DNA of 64,000 nucleotides from Candidatus Buchananbacteria bacterium. GTDB taxonomy: Bacteria > Patescibacteriota > Patescibacteriia > Buchananbacterales > UBA6539. A program made the position numbers and the translations under genes. This document shows, piece by piece, positions 9,924 to 20,147 of the stretch. Under the pieces are notes generated by a model, which was not told the origin of the DNA, made no database searches, and saw only the letters and a list, made by a program, of their open reading frames with translations. Location: positions 11,023 through 75,022 of the forward strand of contig JBAYMO010000001.1 of NCBI GenBank assembly GCA_041663485.1, read 5' to 3'. Position 1 is the stretch's first letter; each line of letters starts with the position of its first letter.

Positions 9924-10449
9924 AAGAATCAGCAGGAAAAAGAAAATAATTTTTTAGCCGGCCAGAGGAAATAAAATAGGTAAAAAAAACAATCATTAAA
10001 ATCAAAACGTTCATTAAGGGCTCCCAAAGATACAACAATTTAAAATCATAAATGGCAAAAGAAAATTTAAAACCAAAAATTACAAAAATCGCACTCAAAA
10101 AAAGTAAAATCAAATTATGAATAATTGTACCAATAAACCCCAAGATGGCTAATGAATAAAGAGAGCGGTTGGTAAAGAAATTATTGTATAAGAAATTTAT
10201 AGTTACCACCGACAAGAGCAGACTTAAAGTTGTTTGACCAAAAGGCAAAGCGCTGTAAAGTTCCAAAAGTAAACCAGTTAACATGGCAAAAACTAAGCCT
10301 TTTTCGTAAGAAAAAATGACCGTCAAAAAAATAATCAGACAGAAAATAATATTCAAGCTTGAAATGGGTACCGGCCAAGTAGTCAAAAAGCTGATTTGAA
10401 TCAAAACCATCAACAGAGAAAAAAATAAATTGTAAAGAAAGTTATTCAT
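9901..10449 (-). CDS. mreD: Rod shape-determining protein MreD
   Basis: Polytopic membrane protein between mreC and mrdA. Confidence 0.75.
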   Translation of the reverse strand: MNNFLYNLFFSLLMVLIQISFLTTWPVPISSLNIIFCLIIFLTVIFSYEKGLVFAMLTGLLLELYSALPFGQTTLSLLLSVVTINFLYNNFFTNRSLYSLAILGFIGTIIHNLILLFLSAIFVIFGFKFSFAIYDFKLLYLWEPLMNVLILMIVFFTYFISSGRLKNYFLFPADSYEKRNRG

Positions 10450-11257
10450 GATTTTGGTTTTTTACCACCGAAACAATGGTGAGACTATCCAATTTGACCA
10501 GGGATTGCAAATAAGCGGTTTGGAAAAAAGTGTTGGGCTCGGAAATAATTCGGCTGACTTTGCCGATAACCAAACCTCGAGGAATTTGCGCCTCTGTACC
10601 GGATGTAATAACCACGTCCCCTTCTTTAACTATTTCATTCTTGGGAATCAACTCCATCTTTAAACTTAAGCCATGTTCACCGGCCACCACGCCTCGACTG
10701 CTGCTTTCATTTAAAATTGTCGCTGCGATTTGACTGCGAGAATCACTAATAATAATCGCTTCAGAACTATTTTTTTTGGTATACAAAATTTTACCAACTA
10801 TAATACCGCTATCGCTGATCACCGGCAGACCAACCGCGACGCCGTCTGCTTCACCTTTATTCAAAATTATTGACTGGAGATTCGGCTCGGGATTTTTACC
10901 AATTACCATAGCCGGAATTGATTCAAGCGCGGCGGCCTGGGCAAATTTACATTGCTTGGCTTGTTCTAAATTTTCTTCCAATTTAACTTTTAGACCAGCA
11001 TTTTCCGTTGTTAGCTGGGTAACGGCTTGGTTTAATTTTTCGTTTTCCGACTTAATCTCTGAAACATTGAAACGACTAGAATATAAATCATTAATCCCTG
11101 AACCGAATAAATAGATTCTGGCCTGGAGTGGAGAAATAATTCTTATTAGTAAATTTTCCGCCGGAACAAGAATCGTCGTATAATGCAAAAAAATCAGCAG
11201 AATCGCCGCCGCCAATAATAAAATCGAAAGCTTAGTTTTTCGTAATAACTTAAACAT
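10442..11257 (-). CDS. mreC: Rod shape-determining protein MreC
   Basis: TM plus coiled coil, LNKGEADGV, VITSG...PRGLVIG. Confidence 0.93.
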   Translation of the reverse strand: MFKLLRKTKLSILLLAAAILLIFLHYTTILVPAENLLIRIISPLQARIYLFGSGINDLYSSRFNVSEIKSENEKLNQAVTQLTTENAGLKVKLEENLEQAKQCKFAQAAALESIPAMVIGKNPEPNLQSIILNKGEADGVAVGLPVISDSGIIVGKILYTKKNSSEAIIISDSRSQIAATILNESSSRGVVAGEHGLSLKMELIPKNEIVKEGDVVITSGTEAQIPRGLVIGKVSRIISEPNTFFQTAYLQSLVKLDSLTIVSVVKNQNHE

Positions 11258-11269
11258 ACCAGAAATATT

Positions 11270-12328
11270 CTAACGAGAAGTCTTTTCTTCTTTGGTTGAT
11301 GATGGTACCGCCACTTCGCGCAATAAATTGTCATCTTCTAAAATTAGCCCCATACCGCGCACGCAACAAGTCTGAGGATCTTCGACTACTTTAACCGGAA
11401 TATGAGTCGCTTCGGAAATTGTCTCGTTTAAACCGGCCAAAAGCGCACTACCACCGGCTAAAACCATACCCCGCTGATAAATATCGGCAACTAATTCCGG
11501 GGGCGTGATTTCTAAGGTGCTTTTAATACCATCAATAATTCCCGCAACGGAACGCTGCATGGCCTGATGAACCTGGTCAGGGCTGACAATTACTTCTTTG
11601 GGCAAACCCGACATTAAATCGCGACCGCGCATGTGAAGTTCGTAGGCTTGGTCGGAATTAGCCATTTGGCTGGCGCGAATTTTCAAATCTTCGGCCAAAC
11701 TTTCACCCACTAATAAATTATATTCGTTGCGCGCGAATTGAATTATGTCTTGATTTAGTTTATTGCCGGCGACTCTCAAAGATTTCCAAGCCACCACGCC
11801 GGATAAAGAAATGACGGCAATTTCAGTCAGGCCACCACCCAAATCAACAATCATATTGCCTGACGGATCCTGAATCGGCAGCCGCGCGCCAATGGCAGAC
11901 GCGATAATGTTTTCTACTAAATAAACTTCTCTGGCGCCAGCCGATAATACCACATCCTCAACGGCCTTTTTTTCTACTTCTGTCACATCAAGCGGCACGC
12001 CGATAACCACGCGCGGTCGCGGAGAAAGGCCGTGGCTTTGCTGATATAAACGATCAATAAAATATTTCAACATTTTTTCCGTCACTTCAAAATCGGAAAT
12101 AATACCATCAACCAAAGGTTTTGAAATAGTAATGTGCGGCGGAGTTTTACCCAGCATTTTTTGCGCTTCCTCACCAACAGCCAAAATTTGATCATTGCGA
12201 TTATTTAAAGCAACGATAGATGCTTCGCGAACGACTATCCCCCTATCTTTTACATAGATTAGAGTATTGGATGTACCTAAATCAATTCCAATGTCTTTTG
12301 AGAATTTCTTGAATAAATTGTTAAACAT
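11270..12328 (-). CDS. mreB: Rod shape-determining protein MreB (in mreBCD-mrdA operon)
   Basis: IGIDLGTSNT, DLGGG, TPPELVADI. Confidence 0.93.
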   Translation of the reverse strand: MFNNLFKKFSKDIGIDLGTSNTLIYVKDRGIVVREASIVALNNRNDQILAVGEEAQKMLGKTPPHITISKPLVDGIISDFEVTEKMLKYFIDRLYQQSHGLSPRPRVVIGVPLDVTEVEKKAVEDVVLSAGAREVYLVENIIASAIGARLPIQDPSGNMIVDLGGGLTEIAVISLSGVVAWKSLRVAGNKLNQDIIQFARNEYNLLVGESLAEDLKIRASQMANSDQAYELHMRGRDLMSGLPKEVIVSPDQVHQAMQRSVAGIIDGIKSTLEITPPELVADIYQRGMVLAGGSALLAGLNETISEATHIPVKVVEDPQTCCVRGMGLILEDDNLLREVAVPSSTKEEKTSR

Positions 12329-12364
12329 ATTTTGGCTTATTTTAAACGTTTTAATTAATTACTG

Positions 12365-12393
12365 TTGACATGATATTGATAATATGTTATGAT
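12365..12393 (+). promoter_or_regulatory. sigma70 promoter (extended -10) of solitary cassette
   Basis: TTGACA-17 nt-TATGAT with TG upstream of the -10. Confidence 0.7.
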
Positions 12394-12469
12394 TATTTTT
12401 GTTCTCAACTTAATGGTGAGTTTGAGAATAGAACCAAAGGGCCAACAACTAACAGAAGGGGTTGTATTA

Positions 12470-12778
12470 ATGGCCGCGTTATCGAAACGCCAGGCAAAAA
12501 TCCTGGCACGTTCCAAGATGATTGGGGAAGGCCGGAAACCGGTTCAGCCGCGGCACCTACGCCTGCCGCGACAACAAAAAGTCTTCTCCAAGAAGGCTGA
12601 CCCCGAACGGGTGACGCCAGACGAAGGCGTCTTGGGCCTTGGAATATTCCCTGGCGGCAAATCGCGCGCGCAGATTGCAGCAGCGAGCTTCTACCTCGCC
12701 GCGGAAGGCCTGAAAGGGTCTATTCGAATGAAAGGCGAGGGGCGCTCGCGCCTCGTCACCATCCCCATCGCTGCCTAG
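12470..12778 (+). CDS. Small basic hypothetical protein (102 aa), solitary GC-rich cassette
   Basis: ATG 12470 follows AAGGGG and lies downstream of the promoter, whereas the track start at 12389 is inside the -10. GC-richer codons and a terminator follow. Confidence 0.7.
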   Translation: MAALSKRQAKILARSKMIGEGRKPVQPRHLRLPRQQKVFSKKADPERVTPDEGVLGLGIFPGGKSRAQIAAASFYLAAEGLKGSIRMKGEGRSRLVTIPIAA

Positions 12779-12807
12779 CCAGCAGCGACGAGCTTAAAAG
12801 CTCACCC

Positions 12808-12848
12808 GGAGCCGATTGACTACCCTGTCCGTCGGCTCCTTTCCTTTT
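12808..12848 (+). terminator. Intrinsic terminator
   Basis: GGAGCCGA...TCGGCTCC followed by TTTCCTTTT. Confidence 0.7.
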
Positions 12849-12860
12849 CCAAAAATTCAA

Positions 12861-13235
12861 TTAGCCAAACAATTTCTGCCAAAAACCTTTTTTGTCTTCT
12901 TCTGTATTATTTACTTGAAGCTGATTATCCATTTGATTTTTAATCAAGCCTTCCAAACGTTGCGCTTCGCGTTCAACCACCGGCCCGTCATATTCGGCAC
13001 TGTGGGCGTGGGCGCCGGCATAGGAAGGTTTTTTTTGATCCAAATGTAAATTGATGCTGACGCGATTATCCCGATCCTGCTCAATATAGACATGATAGCG
13101 CGGATAGAATACCTCGCCTAATCTTTTTATGTAGCTGGTTTTACCAGTATTATAATCATTAAATTCATGATAGCCCGAGCGACGCATAAATAACGACAAA
13201 TTCTGGTGAAACTCAAAAGGTAAAATTATTTTCAT
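12861..13235 (-). CDS. Hypothetical protein
   Basis: ORF in operon with rseP. Motif YPRYHVY...NLHLDQKKPSY...HAHSAEYDG. Confidence 0.75.
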   Translation of the reverse strand: MKIILPFEFHQNLSLFMRRSGYHEFNDYNTGKTSYIKRLGEVFYPRYHVYIEQDRDNRVSINLHLDQKKPSYAGAHAHSAEYDGPVVEREAQRLEGLIKNQMDNQLQVNNTEEDKKGFWQKLFG

Positions 13236-13245
13236 GATTTTTAGA

Positions 13246-14412
13246 TTAGAATAATCCTGTTATTTTTTGCCACCAATTCAAGAATCCCGATGAAACTCGG
13301 GCAATATCACGAAAGGTTACAAGAATTACCAGAATCATTAAAAAAGCAAAACCCAAATTATGCATCATAGCTTCTAGCTTTTGATTAACCGGTTTTCGTC
13401 TAATCGCTTCAATAATCAAGAAAAATACGCGGCCGCCATCAAGAGCCGGGAAAGGCAAAAAATTAATCACAGCAATAATAACCGATAAAACCGCGGTGAA
13501 TTGCAAAATATATAGAAATCCCATTCGCGCCGCATCGCCCACCAAAGACGCGATCCCCACCGGACCGTAGACTTCACCGATGACCTGATGAGAAACAATT
13601 AGGCTGGACAACATTACGTAGAATCCATATAAAACACTACCGATCATTTCAAAGGTTTCACCCAAACCATACCACCAGGCGACATACCACGGATAAGAAA
13701 CGAAGCCGGTTTGCACCAAGGCGACGCCAATGCCGCCTTTTTTGGTTTCATCCAAAACCAGCGGGGTTACCTCTTTTTGCATTTCACTTTGATCTCGTTT
13801 AATGGTAATTTTTATCGGCGCGCCAACCTTGCTGCTGACATATTCTTGCAATTCCTCAATTTTGGAAAATTTTGTGCTATCCATAGCCACGACGCTATCG
13901 CCAACTTGAATCTCAGCTTTAGCTGCGGGTGAGGCTGGAATCACTTCTACCACTTGAATCTTTAGCTCACTGACTCGCGCCAAAGCGGGCAATTCTTTTT
14001 CAATCGCTTGTGGCGAACCAAAAATTAAACCAATTGTAAGCAGCACGGCCGCCAAAACGAAATTCATAAATACCCCGGCCGAAACGATAATAATACGCTG
14101 CCAAACCTTTTTGGTCGCAAAACTGTCGGTGTCGATTTGGTTCTCCCCTTCTTCACCTTTAATTTTTACAAAGCCGCCCATAGGAATCCAGTTCAAAGAA
14201 TAGATAGTGTTTTTTGTTTCGATTTTTTTAGGACCAATAAATTTCAGCTTACCGGCTTCATCTCGATAAACTCCGCCGATGCGCGGCGGTAAACCCAAGC
14301 CGAATTCTTCGGCCTTAACGCCAAATCGTCGAGCGGTAAAAAAATGCCCCGCCTCATGGACTAGCACCAAAATGCTTAAAACGACAAAAAATGCGATCAG
14401 AGTAAAAATCAT
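13246..14412 (-). CDS. rseP: RIP metalloprotease RseP (M50, PDZ)
   Basis: HEAGH, AGVFMN, PDZ domain, NFLPFPALDGG. Confidence 0.95.
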   Translation of the reverse strand: MIFTLIAFFVVLSILVLVHEAGHFFTARRFGVKAEEFGLGLPPRIGGVYRDEAGKLKFIGPKKIETKNTIYSLNWIPMGGFVKIKGEEGENQIDTDSFATKKVWQRIIIVSAGVFMNFVLAAVLLTIGLIFGSPQAIEKELPALARVSELKIQVVEVIPASPAAKAEIQVGDSVVAMDSTKFSKIEELQEYVSSKVGAPIKITIKRDQSEMQKEVTPLVLDETKKGGIGVALVQTGFVSYPWYVAWWYGLGETFEMIGSVLYGFYVMLSSLIVSHQVIGEVYGPVGIASLVGDAARMGFLYILQFTAVLSVIIAVINFLPFPALDGGRVFFLIIEAIRRKPVNQKLEAMMHNLGFAFLMILVILVTFRDIARVSSGFLNWWQKITGLF

Positions 14413-14415
14413 AAT

Positions 14416-14967
14416 TTAGATGGTCATTATTTCATTTTCTTTTTTCTCGCCTAACTCATCGACTTTTTGTGTATATTCTTTCGATACTTCATCAAGTTTT
14501 TTTTGAATGGAAAATTTATCATCTTCGGTTATTTCTTTTTCTTTCTCCATTTTGCTGGCACTATCTCGCACCTTATCGCGAATTTGTCTAATGGTAATTC
14601 GTGCTTTTTCCATTTTTTCTTTGACTGATTTGACTAAATCCTTACGATTCTCTTCGGTCAATTGCGGAATGGTTAATCTTACCTGCTGACCTTCATTGAC
14701 CGGATTGATTCCAATGTTAGCCTGAATAATCGCTTTTTCAATTTCTTTGGACAAAGTTTTATCCCAGGGCTGAATCAAAATCGTCCGTGCTTCCGGCACG
14801 GCAATAGAAGCCATTTGCTTGATTGGCATTTTACTGCCATAAGCATCAACAATAATACCTTCCACCATCGCCGGGTTAGCTCGGCCGATACGCAGGGTAG
14901 CGAGTTCGCTTTTAAGTACGTCGATTGATTTCTCAAAATCCGGCTTACTTTGTTCGATTATTTGCAT
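14416..14967 (-). CDS. frr: Ribosome recycling factor
   Basis: LRIGRANP, IQPWD, PQLTEENRKDLVK. Confidence 0.97.
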   Translation of the reverse strand: MQIIEQSKPDFEKSIDVLKSELATLRIGRANPAMVEGIIVDAYGSKMPIKQMASIAVPEARTILIQPWDKTLSKEIEKAIIQANIGINPVNEGQQVRLTIPQLTEENRKDLVKSVKEKMEKARITIRQIRDKVRDSASKMEKEKEITEDDKFSIQKKLDEVSKEYTQKVDELGEKKENEIMTI

Positions 14968-14993
14968 AAATATTTTTATTATTTATTATTAAA

Positions 14994-16046
14994 TTATTTT
15001 TTCGCGATAACGGAAAATCCCAAATAAATAATTTTTGGGTCGCTGGGGTCGATGAGCATAGCCGTACCGGCCGTATTGGTGGGCAAACGTTTGGTTACCC
15101 AGTTAACTCCCCCGTCAGTTGATTTATAGAAAGTCGTAGCGGTTGAATAATATATTTCTTGATTATTTTTTGGATTAACAGCCACAGAATAAATGTCCGT
15201 GGCGCCAGCCGGGGTAATCAATTTAATCGGTTCCCAATTCAAACCACCATCAGTGGTTTTTAATAAGCCATATTTAGCCGCTAAAATCAAAGAGTTAGGT
15301 TGGCTTAAATCAAAAATTAAACTTTTATACTCCAGCGCGCCCGAGAAGCTTTTTAGCTCATTATTAATATTGACCCAATTCAACCCAGCATTTTCGGCTT
15401 TAAAAATTCCCTTACTTTTAGTAGCAAAATAAATTGTTTGCGGGGAAAAAGGATCGACCATAATTTTGACAATTTGATCACCCACGCGGTTGATAGTTTG
15501 CCAGGTCGCACCGGCATCACTGGATTTTAATACCTCACCGGCATTGTTGCCGGCATAAATAATTTTGCTATCATCCAAGCCCACGGCCAAAGCGGTTACT
15601 AATTTTTCGGCTCGAGCATCAAGATAAGTTTCCGTCCAGCTGCGATTACAATCGCTTGATTTAATAATAGTATTATTATAAGTCGCGTAAATAGTGCAGC
15701 GATCTTTGGGATCAATGGCCACGGAATAAATCTTAGCATTACCGATACCATTAGCTTTCATCCAACTATCGGCTGAATCATAGCTGTAAAGCAAGCCGGC
15801 CGTGTCAGAATTAATATAAAGCGCTTTGCGATCACTGGGATCAAAGGTCAATCCAGAAACATTAACCCCACTAATTTGACCCACGCCTTTGGAATGTAAA
15901 AACAAATTTTTTGCTTGCCAGGTAACACCGGAATCAACGGATTTGTAGACCCCAGCCACAGTTGGCGTGTTACTACCGCCCAGCTGCAAAGTGCAACCAG
16001 ACAAAAGCATGGCGGCGAAAACAAAAATAATCAAACTTTTTTTCAT
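14994..16046 (-). CDS. BNR/Asp-box beta-propeller lipoprotein (YCF48/VPS10-like)
   Basis: Lipobox LSGC and repeated S/T-x-D-x-G-x-x-W Asp-boxes. Confidence 0.8.
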   Translation of the reverse strand: MKKSLIIFVFAAMLLSGCTLQLGGSNTPTVAGVYKSVDSGVTWQAKNLFLHSKGVGQISGVNVSGLTFDPSDRKALYINSDTAGLLYSYDSADSWMKANGIGNAKIYSVAIDPKDRCTIYATYNNTIIKSSDCNRSWTETYLDARAEKLVTALAVGLDDSKIIYAGNNAGEVLKSSDAGATWQTINRVGDQIVKIMVDPFSPQTIYFATKSKGIFKAENAGLNWVNINNELKSFSGALEYKSLIFDLSQPNSLILAAKYGLLKTTDGGLNWEPIKLITPAGATDIYSVAVNPKNNQEIYYSTATTFYKSTDGGVNWVTKRLPTNTAGTAMLIDPSDPKIIYLGFSVIAKK

Positions 16047-16056
16047 AAATTTTATT

Positions 16057-17076
16057 TCAAAAATTTAAGGCTAAATTTTCTAAAGTCAGTTTGGGATTAG
16101 CATTGGCATCTAAAAATCTTCTGGCATTGTCAATTTCAAAAATTAAACTAATAATTTTCTTAGGCTGATAAAGCTGGCTCAAGTCTTTTAACTCACTCAA
16201 AAAACTTTGATTACTAACTAAGCCTTCCAGACAACCCACGAGAGCCAAATCACGCAAAAATCTTTTCCAAAGAGAAAGTTCGATTTTAATATTATCTAAA
16301 TCACTGTCGGCCACTTCATTCATTATTTTAAATTTTTCATCCAAACTGCCGCGCATTAAACTGATCAAAATTTTATTTTTTTCTTTAAGTTCTTCATAGA
16401 CTTCCGGCTCCAAAAAATATTTAATCGCCAAGCCAGGACGACCAAAAGATAAAGCTGAAATCTTTTTAGCTTTTTTTCTTTCACATCCAAGTTCTATCAG
16501 ATGATTTTCAATTACTGGCTGGCTAACCGGTAAAAATTTGATAACCTGACAACGAGAAGCAATAGTCGATGGCAAGTCAGAAATGTTATTGGCCAACAAA
16601 ATAAGGACGGTTTGCGGTGCCGGTTCTTCCAAGGTTTTCAGTAATGAATTGGCCGAAGCATTATTTAAAGTTTGAGCCGACTCAATGATGGCGACCTTGT
16701 AGGTATTAAGAAAAGAACAAAGGCTCAATTTTTCCATCAGCTCTCTGGTCTGATCAACGCTGATATTTTTATTGAGTTTGCCAGAGTCGCCAGTTTGCCG
16801 TCGCAACCAATAAACGTCGGGGTGAATTTGATTATTTATTTGCTGGCAACATTCACAGCGACCACAGGGCACGAATTCTTCCTGATTATTTAAATGGCGA
16901 CAAACCAATGAGTTAGCTAAAAAATTTGCTACCGCTGTTTTGCCAATATTATCCGGCCCAACAAAAAGATAAGCATGCGCTATCTGACCCTTTTGCAATT
17001 CCTGCTGCAAAAAACTAATAATATTAGAATGGCCGATTACGGGCCACCTAAAACGGCTTTTTTCATCTTTTGACAT
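16057..17076 (-). CDS. holB: DNA polymerase III delta-prime subunit
   Basis: HAYLFVGP, Zn motif CGRCECC, HPDV, ANSLLKTLEEP, TIASRC. Confidence 0.92.
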   Translation of the reverse strand: MSKDEKSRFRWPVIGHSNIISFLQQELQKGQIAHAYLFVGPDNIGKTAVANFLANSLVCRHLNNQEEFVPCGRCECCQQINNQIHPDVYWLRRQTGDSGKLNKNISVDQTRELMEKLSLCSFLNTYKVAIIESAQTLNNASANSLLKTLEEPAPQTVLILLANNISDLPSTIASRCQVIKFLPVSQPVIENHLIELGCERKKAKKISALSFGRPGLAIKYFLEPEVYEELKEKNKILISLMRGSLDEKFKIMNEVADSDLDNIKIELSLWKRFLRDLALVGCLEGLVSNQSFLSELKDLSQLYQPKKIISLIFEIDNARRFLDANANPKLTLENLALNF

Positions 17077-17194
17077 GGTTATATTTTATCACAATCTAGG
17101 AATTTTACAAGTAAAATTAAGACACAGAATTAACAAAAAAACAAGAATCTAGTTATGCCTAAAAGCATAATATATTCTTGCAATATTTAATAAT

Positions 17195-18235
17195 TTATGG
17201 CCAGAGAGATTTGGCTTGATTCCAAATTTCTGGCCGGTTATTTTGCTTTAACCAGTACCAATACTCCACTCCCCAAAAATAAATTTTAGAAAAACCAGTC
17301 TTTTGGGCATAAATAACGTTATTCCTAAAGCGTTCAAGATTAAATGATTTCTCTTGTTCGGCTTGGGTCAATTCAATCATGCTCCGATTATACGTCCAGG
17401 GTTCCATCTGCATTTCCACTACAATAATATCTTTAAGATTTTTATGGAAAAATTTAGTTAAATCGGCTTTGACGTGATAATAAGCCGACGGTACAAAAAA
17501 ATAATCCAAAAAACCCATATACTTATTCCAAACAATCCGATACAAAGTCGTGCCTAGAATATCAGGCACAGACGCCGCGGTTTGCCAAGTTGACAACTCG
17601 CCACTGTCAGTAACAATGATCGGGTGTTTGACATCTAATGATTTAACCAGAGCCACTTCTTGTTTTAATAAAGGCAGACTGGGAGCTGGACACTGGCCAA
17701 AAAGCGTGAGTAATGGCTCATTCTCGACTTGCCAGGCCTCAAGCATAGAATTATTTTGATACCGTTCAACTGTTTTGTTTATAAAATTCATCTGGCGGCT
17801 GATTACTTCCGATTGATCCAGACCTTTGAGCCAATTTGGGTCATGGCACTCTGGCCAGCGCGGCGTTCGCCGACCAAGCACCATAATTATTTTCACCCCC
17901 CGATCCGAAGCCTGTCTAACCTGCCAATCCAAATCATTAAAGATGTATTGATCCGGTTCTTTTTCAATTTCATCCCAATAGGCCACTAAACGGACATGAT
18001 CCACTTTTAAATCTTGCAAAATCGCCAAATATGCCTCCTGCCAATTAAGCTTCAGCTCTTCGGCATATTTTTTGCTGAAAGTAACGCCAAAAACCGTTTC
18101 TTTGTTTTTAGAAAAATCCCAAAAGAATGAGGATAAAAAAATTAAAAATATTATTAAAAAAACTCCGGCTAAACTTAACCAGGTTATCATTTTTTTGGAT
18201 CCCATCCAACCGCTTTTATTCGCTTTCTTTAACAT
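17195..18235 (-). CDS. Membrane-anchored clan GH-A glycoside hydrolase
   Basis: N-terminal TM, WQVENEP acid/base motif, EMQMEPW nucleophile region. Confidence 0.75.
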   Translation of the reverse strand: MLKKANKSGWMGSKKMITWLSLAGVFLIIFLIFLSSFFWDFSKNKETVFGVTFSKKYAEELKLNWQEAYLAILQDLKVDHVRLVAYWDEIEKEPDQYIFNDLDWQVRQASDRGVKIIMVLGRRTPRWPECHDPNWLKGLDQSEVISRQMNFINKTVERYQNNSMLEAWQVENEPLLTLFGQCPAPSLPLLKQEVALVKSLDVKHPIIVTDSGELSTWQTAASVPDILGTTLYRIVWNKYMGFLDYFFVPSAYYHVKADLTKFFHKNLKDIIVVEMQMEPWTYNRSMIELTQAEQEKSFNLERFRNNVIYAQKTGFSKIYFWGVEYWYWLKQNNRPEIWNQAKSLWP

Positions 18236-18310
18236 AATTATATTATATCATATTTTTTCTAACAAAAAAACACAAAAAAATCATTGATATCTTTGTGTTT
18301 TTATGATATT

Positions 18311-18430
18311 TTAGGCAATGTTTTTCTTGCCTCGGCGCAAATCCTTGGTTCTCTTAGCCAAAGCTCGGCCAACTTTCGTGTTCTTTTTAGAATGCTTAAT
18401 TCTTGCCTTCAAGGCGCTGTTTTGTCCCAT
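18311..18430 (-). CDS. Unannotated small basic protein (39 aa)
   Basis: Manual translation MGQNSALKARIKHSKKNTKVGRALAKRTKDLRRGKKNIA. AT-rich upstream like host genes, with a terminator-like hairpin after the stop. Confidence 0.6.
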   Translation of the reverse strand: MGQNSALKARIKHSKKNTKVGRALAKRTKDLRRGKKNIA

Positions 18431-18490
18431 AGTATTTTATTTTAAAATTAATTAATTATTAAATAAGCTATTTTATCTCATAACTTTTTT

Positions 18491-20137
18491 CTATTCCAGA
18501 CTAGAAGGCATACCAGCTTTATAAAAACCCCTTTTACTTTTAATATAATCAACGGCAAATAAATACCTCCCGGTTGTGTGATTTTTTTTGGCTTTTATGC
18601 TTCTTATACTAGTCGGCTCTTTTGGCGCAATTACTTTTGCGCCTAAAACTTCTGATAATTTCTGACCAATGCCATTCTCTGCTCCGGTTGAACATGAAGA
18701 CAAAATAATAGTCGGCATTTTTTCGAAAAATTTAGTGGCGCCAGCCGCGGTTTGACCAGTCAAATCATCTGTGGTTATGCTCCATCTCTCTTGTTCAGGC
18801 GAACCAGGCTTAAAAAAATTATAACGACCAAACTTAATACTATCTTTAGTGCCATGTCCGCCAATTATCGCTAAAGATATTTTGTGACCGGATTGGTCCG
18901 ACGAATTGTAGCGTCGATCAAATTTAATCAAAGTTCGAACAAAGTCTAATTTACCGGAGCATTCTGCCACCCGCAAACTTAAATCTTTCTCAACCTGATC
19001 ATACAAACTCTTTAAAACCTCGCAATCGTTGTAAAAGGCACCATTGTGATCGCTGCGCGGATAAATAATTACGCCATAAGGCTTATCTAGGCTGTCAGCT
19101 TCCTCATATTGCCTAATAAGTAAATCGTTCGGATACCGGGCAAAATCAGCAATATTAAACTCCTGATTCAAAAACTGGCAAACCCCAGGCTTGGTTTCCT
19201 CCAAAGCCCGAACGGCGTTCAAATTATTCCTTATTACCTCGGACAAATCACCACGCCGATCACTTAAATCCCAAGCCCGAAAAAAATCACGTCCCGACAA
19301 ATTATAATCAGAAAGGATATAATCAAGCTCTTCGATACCATTGGTCATTGCTTCACTTTGAAAAGCTTCCGAACGCTCGAAGAGCGAAGACGTTATTTCA
19401 GTATAATGCTCCCAAGCATCTATATATTCCACGTCAGTCGAATAATCATCTTCACCACCTGGCCGCAATCTTTTGGCCAAAAGACCAACTTCATTGGCCG
19501 CGGACTGGTACTTATACCCAAAACCGTATTTAAATACAGGCTTAATTATTTCGACCGCCTCATGCATCTTAGGAGTTAGCTCCTGAGACAGGTATCGTCT
19601 TATAAGCCCAAAATTGTCCGTCAACGCTTCGACACCAATGTCTGAGCGTTTTTCATTGGACCTGTCTTCAGCCACCTGATAATAAGCCTTCAGGACATTA
19701 AATTCATCAAAAATCTCTTGATTCGAAAGGGCAAAATCAATTTCCCCTCTCAGATCGACAATCATGTCTAAGGAAAAATCCTTAACTTTCTTCCAGTCAT
19801 CATCTTGCTCATGTAACTTACTACAATTGGCAAGACGAATTAGAATTTCTAAAATACGATTTCTGAATTCCGATCTGGCGTAACGTTTATCTTCATTGAA
19901 CCCAATAAAAATTTCGCGTACCTCCGATTGCCTGGACTCCAACTCGGCCATCAGGCCAGATAAAGACTGTAAATCTTCTTCACCATTATTGGCCAAACTA
20001 TCAATTTTATTCACCAATTCCGACCAACTATTTAAAGTCGCGCGGGCATCTTTTTTTTCCTTGGGTTTTGGCGACTGATCTTGCTTCTTAGCCTCAAATG
20101 TTTCTTGGGCTGTTAGTTCTTCGTAACGCTCTGCCAT
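18491..20137 (-). CDS. Hypothetical protein with C-terminal clan CD (caspase/C80-like) His-Cys motif
   Basis: LAIIGGHG followed about 50 aa later by IILSSCSTG. Confidence 0.6.
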   Translation of the reverse strand: MAERYEELTAQETFEAKKQDQSPKPKEKKDARATLNSWSELVNKIDSLANNGEEDLQSLSGLMAELESRQSEVREIFIGFNEDKRYARSEFRNRILEILIRLANCSKLHEQDDDWKKVKDFSLDMIVDLRGEIDFALSNQEIFDEFNVLKAYYQVAEDRSNEKRSDIGVEALTDNFGLIRRYLSQELTPKMHEAVEIIKPVFKYGFGYKYQSAANEVGLLAKRLRPGGEDDYSTDVEYIDAWEHYTEITSSLFERSEAFQSEAMTNGIEELDYILSDYNLSGRDFFRAWDLSDRRGDLSEVIRNNLNAVRALEETKPGVCQFLNQEFNIADFARYPNDLLIRQYEEADSLDKPYGVIIYPRSDHNGAFYNDCEVLKSLYDQVEKDLSLRVAECSGKLDFVRTLIKFDRRYNSSDQSGHKISLAIIGGHGTKDSIKFGRYNFFKPGSPEQERWSITTDDLTGQTAAGATKFFEKMPTIILSSCSTGAENGIGQKLSEVLGAKVIAPKEPTSIRSIKAKKNHTTGRYLFAVDYIKSKRGFYKAGMPSSLE

Positions 20138-20147
20138 ATGTGTTTAA

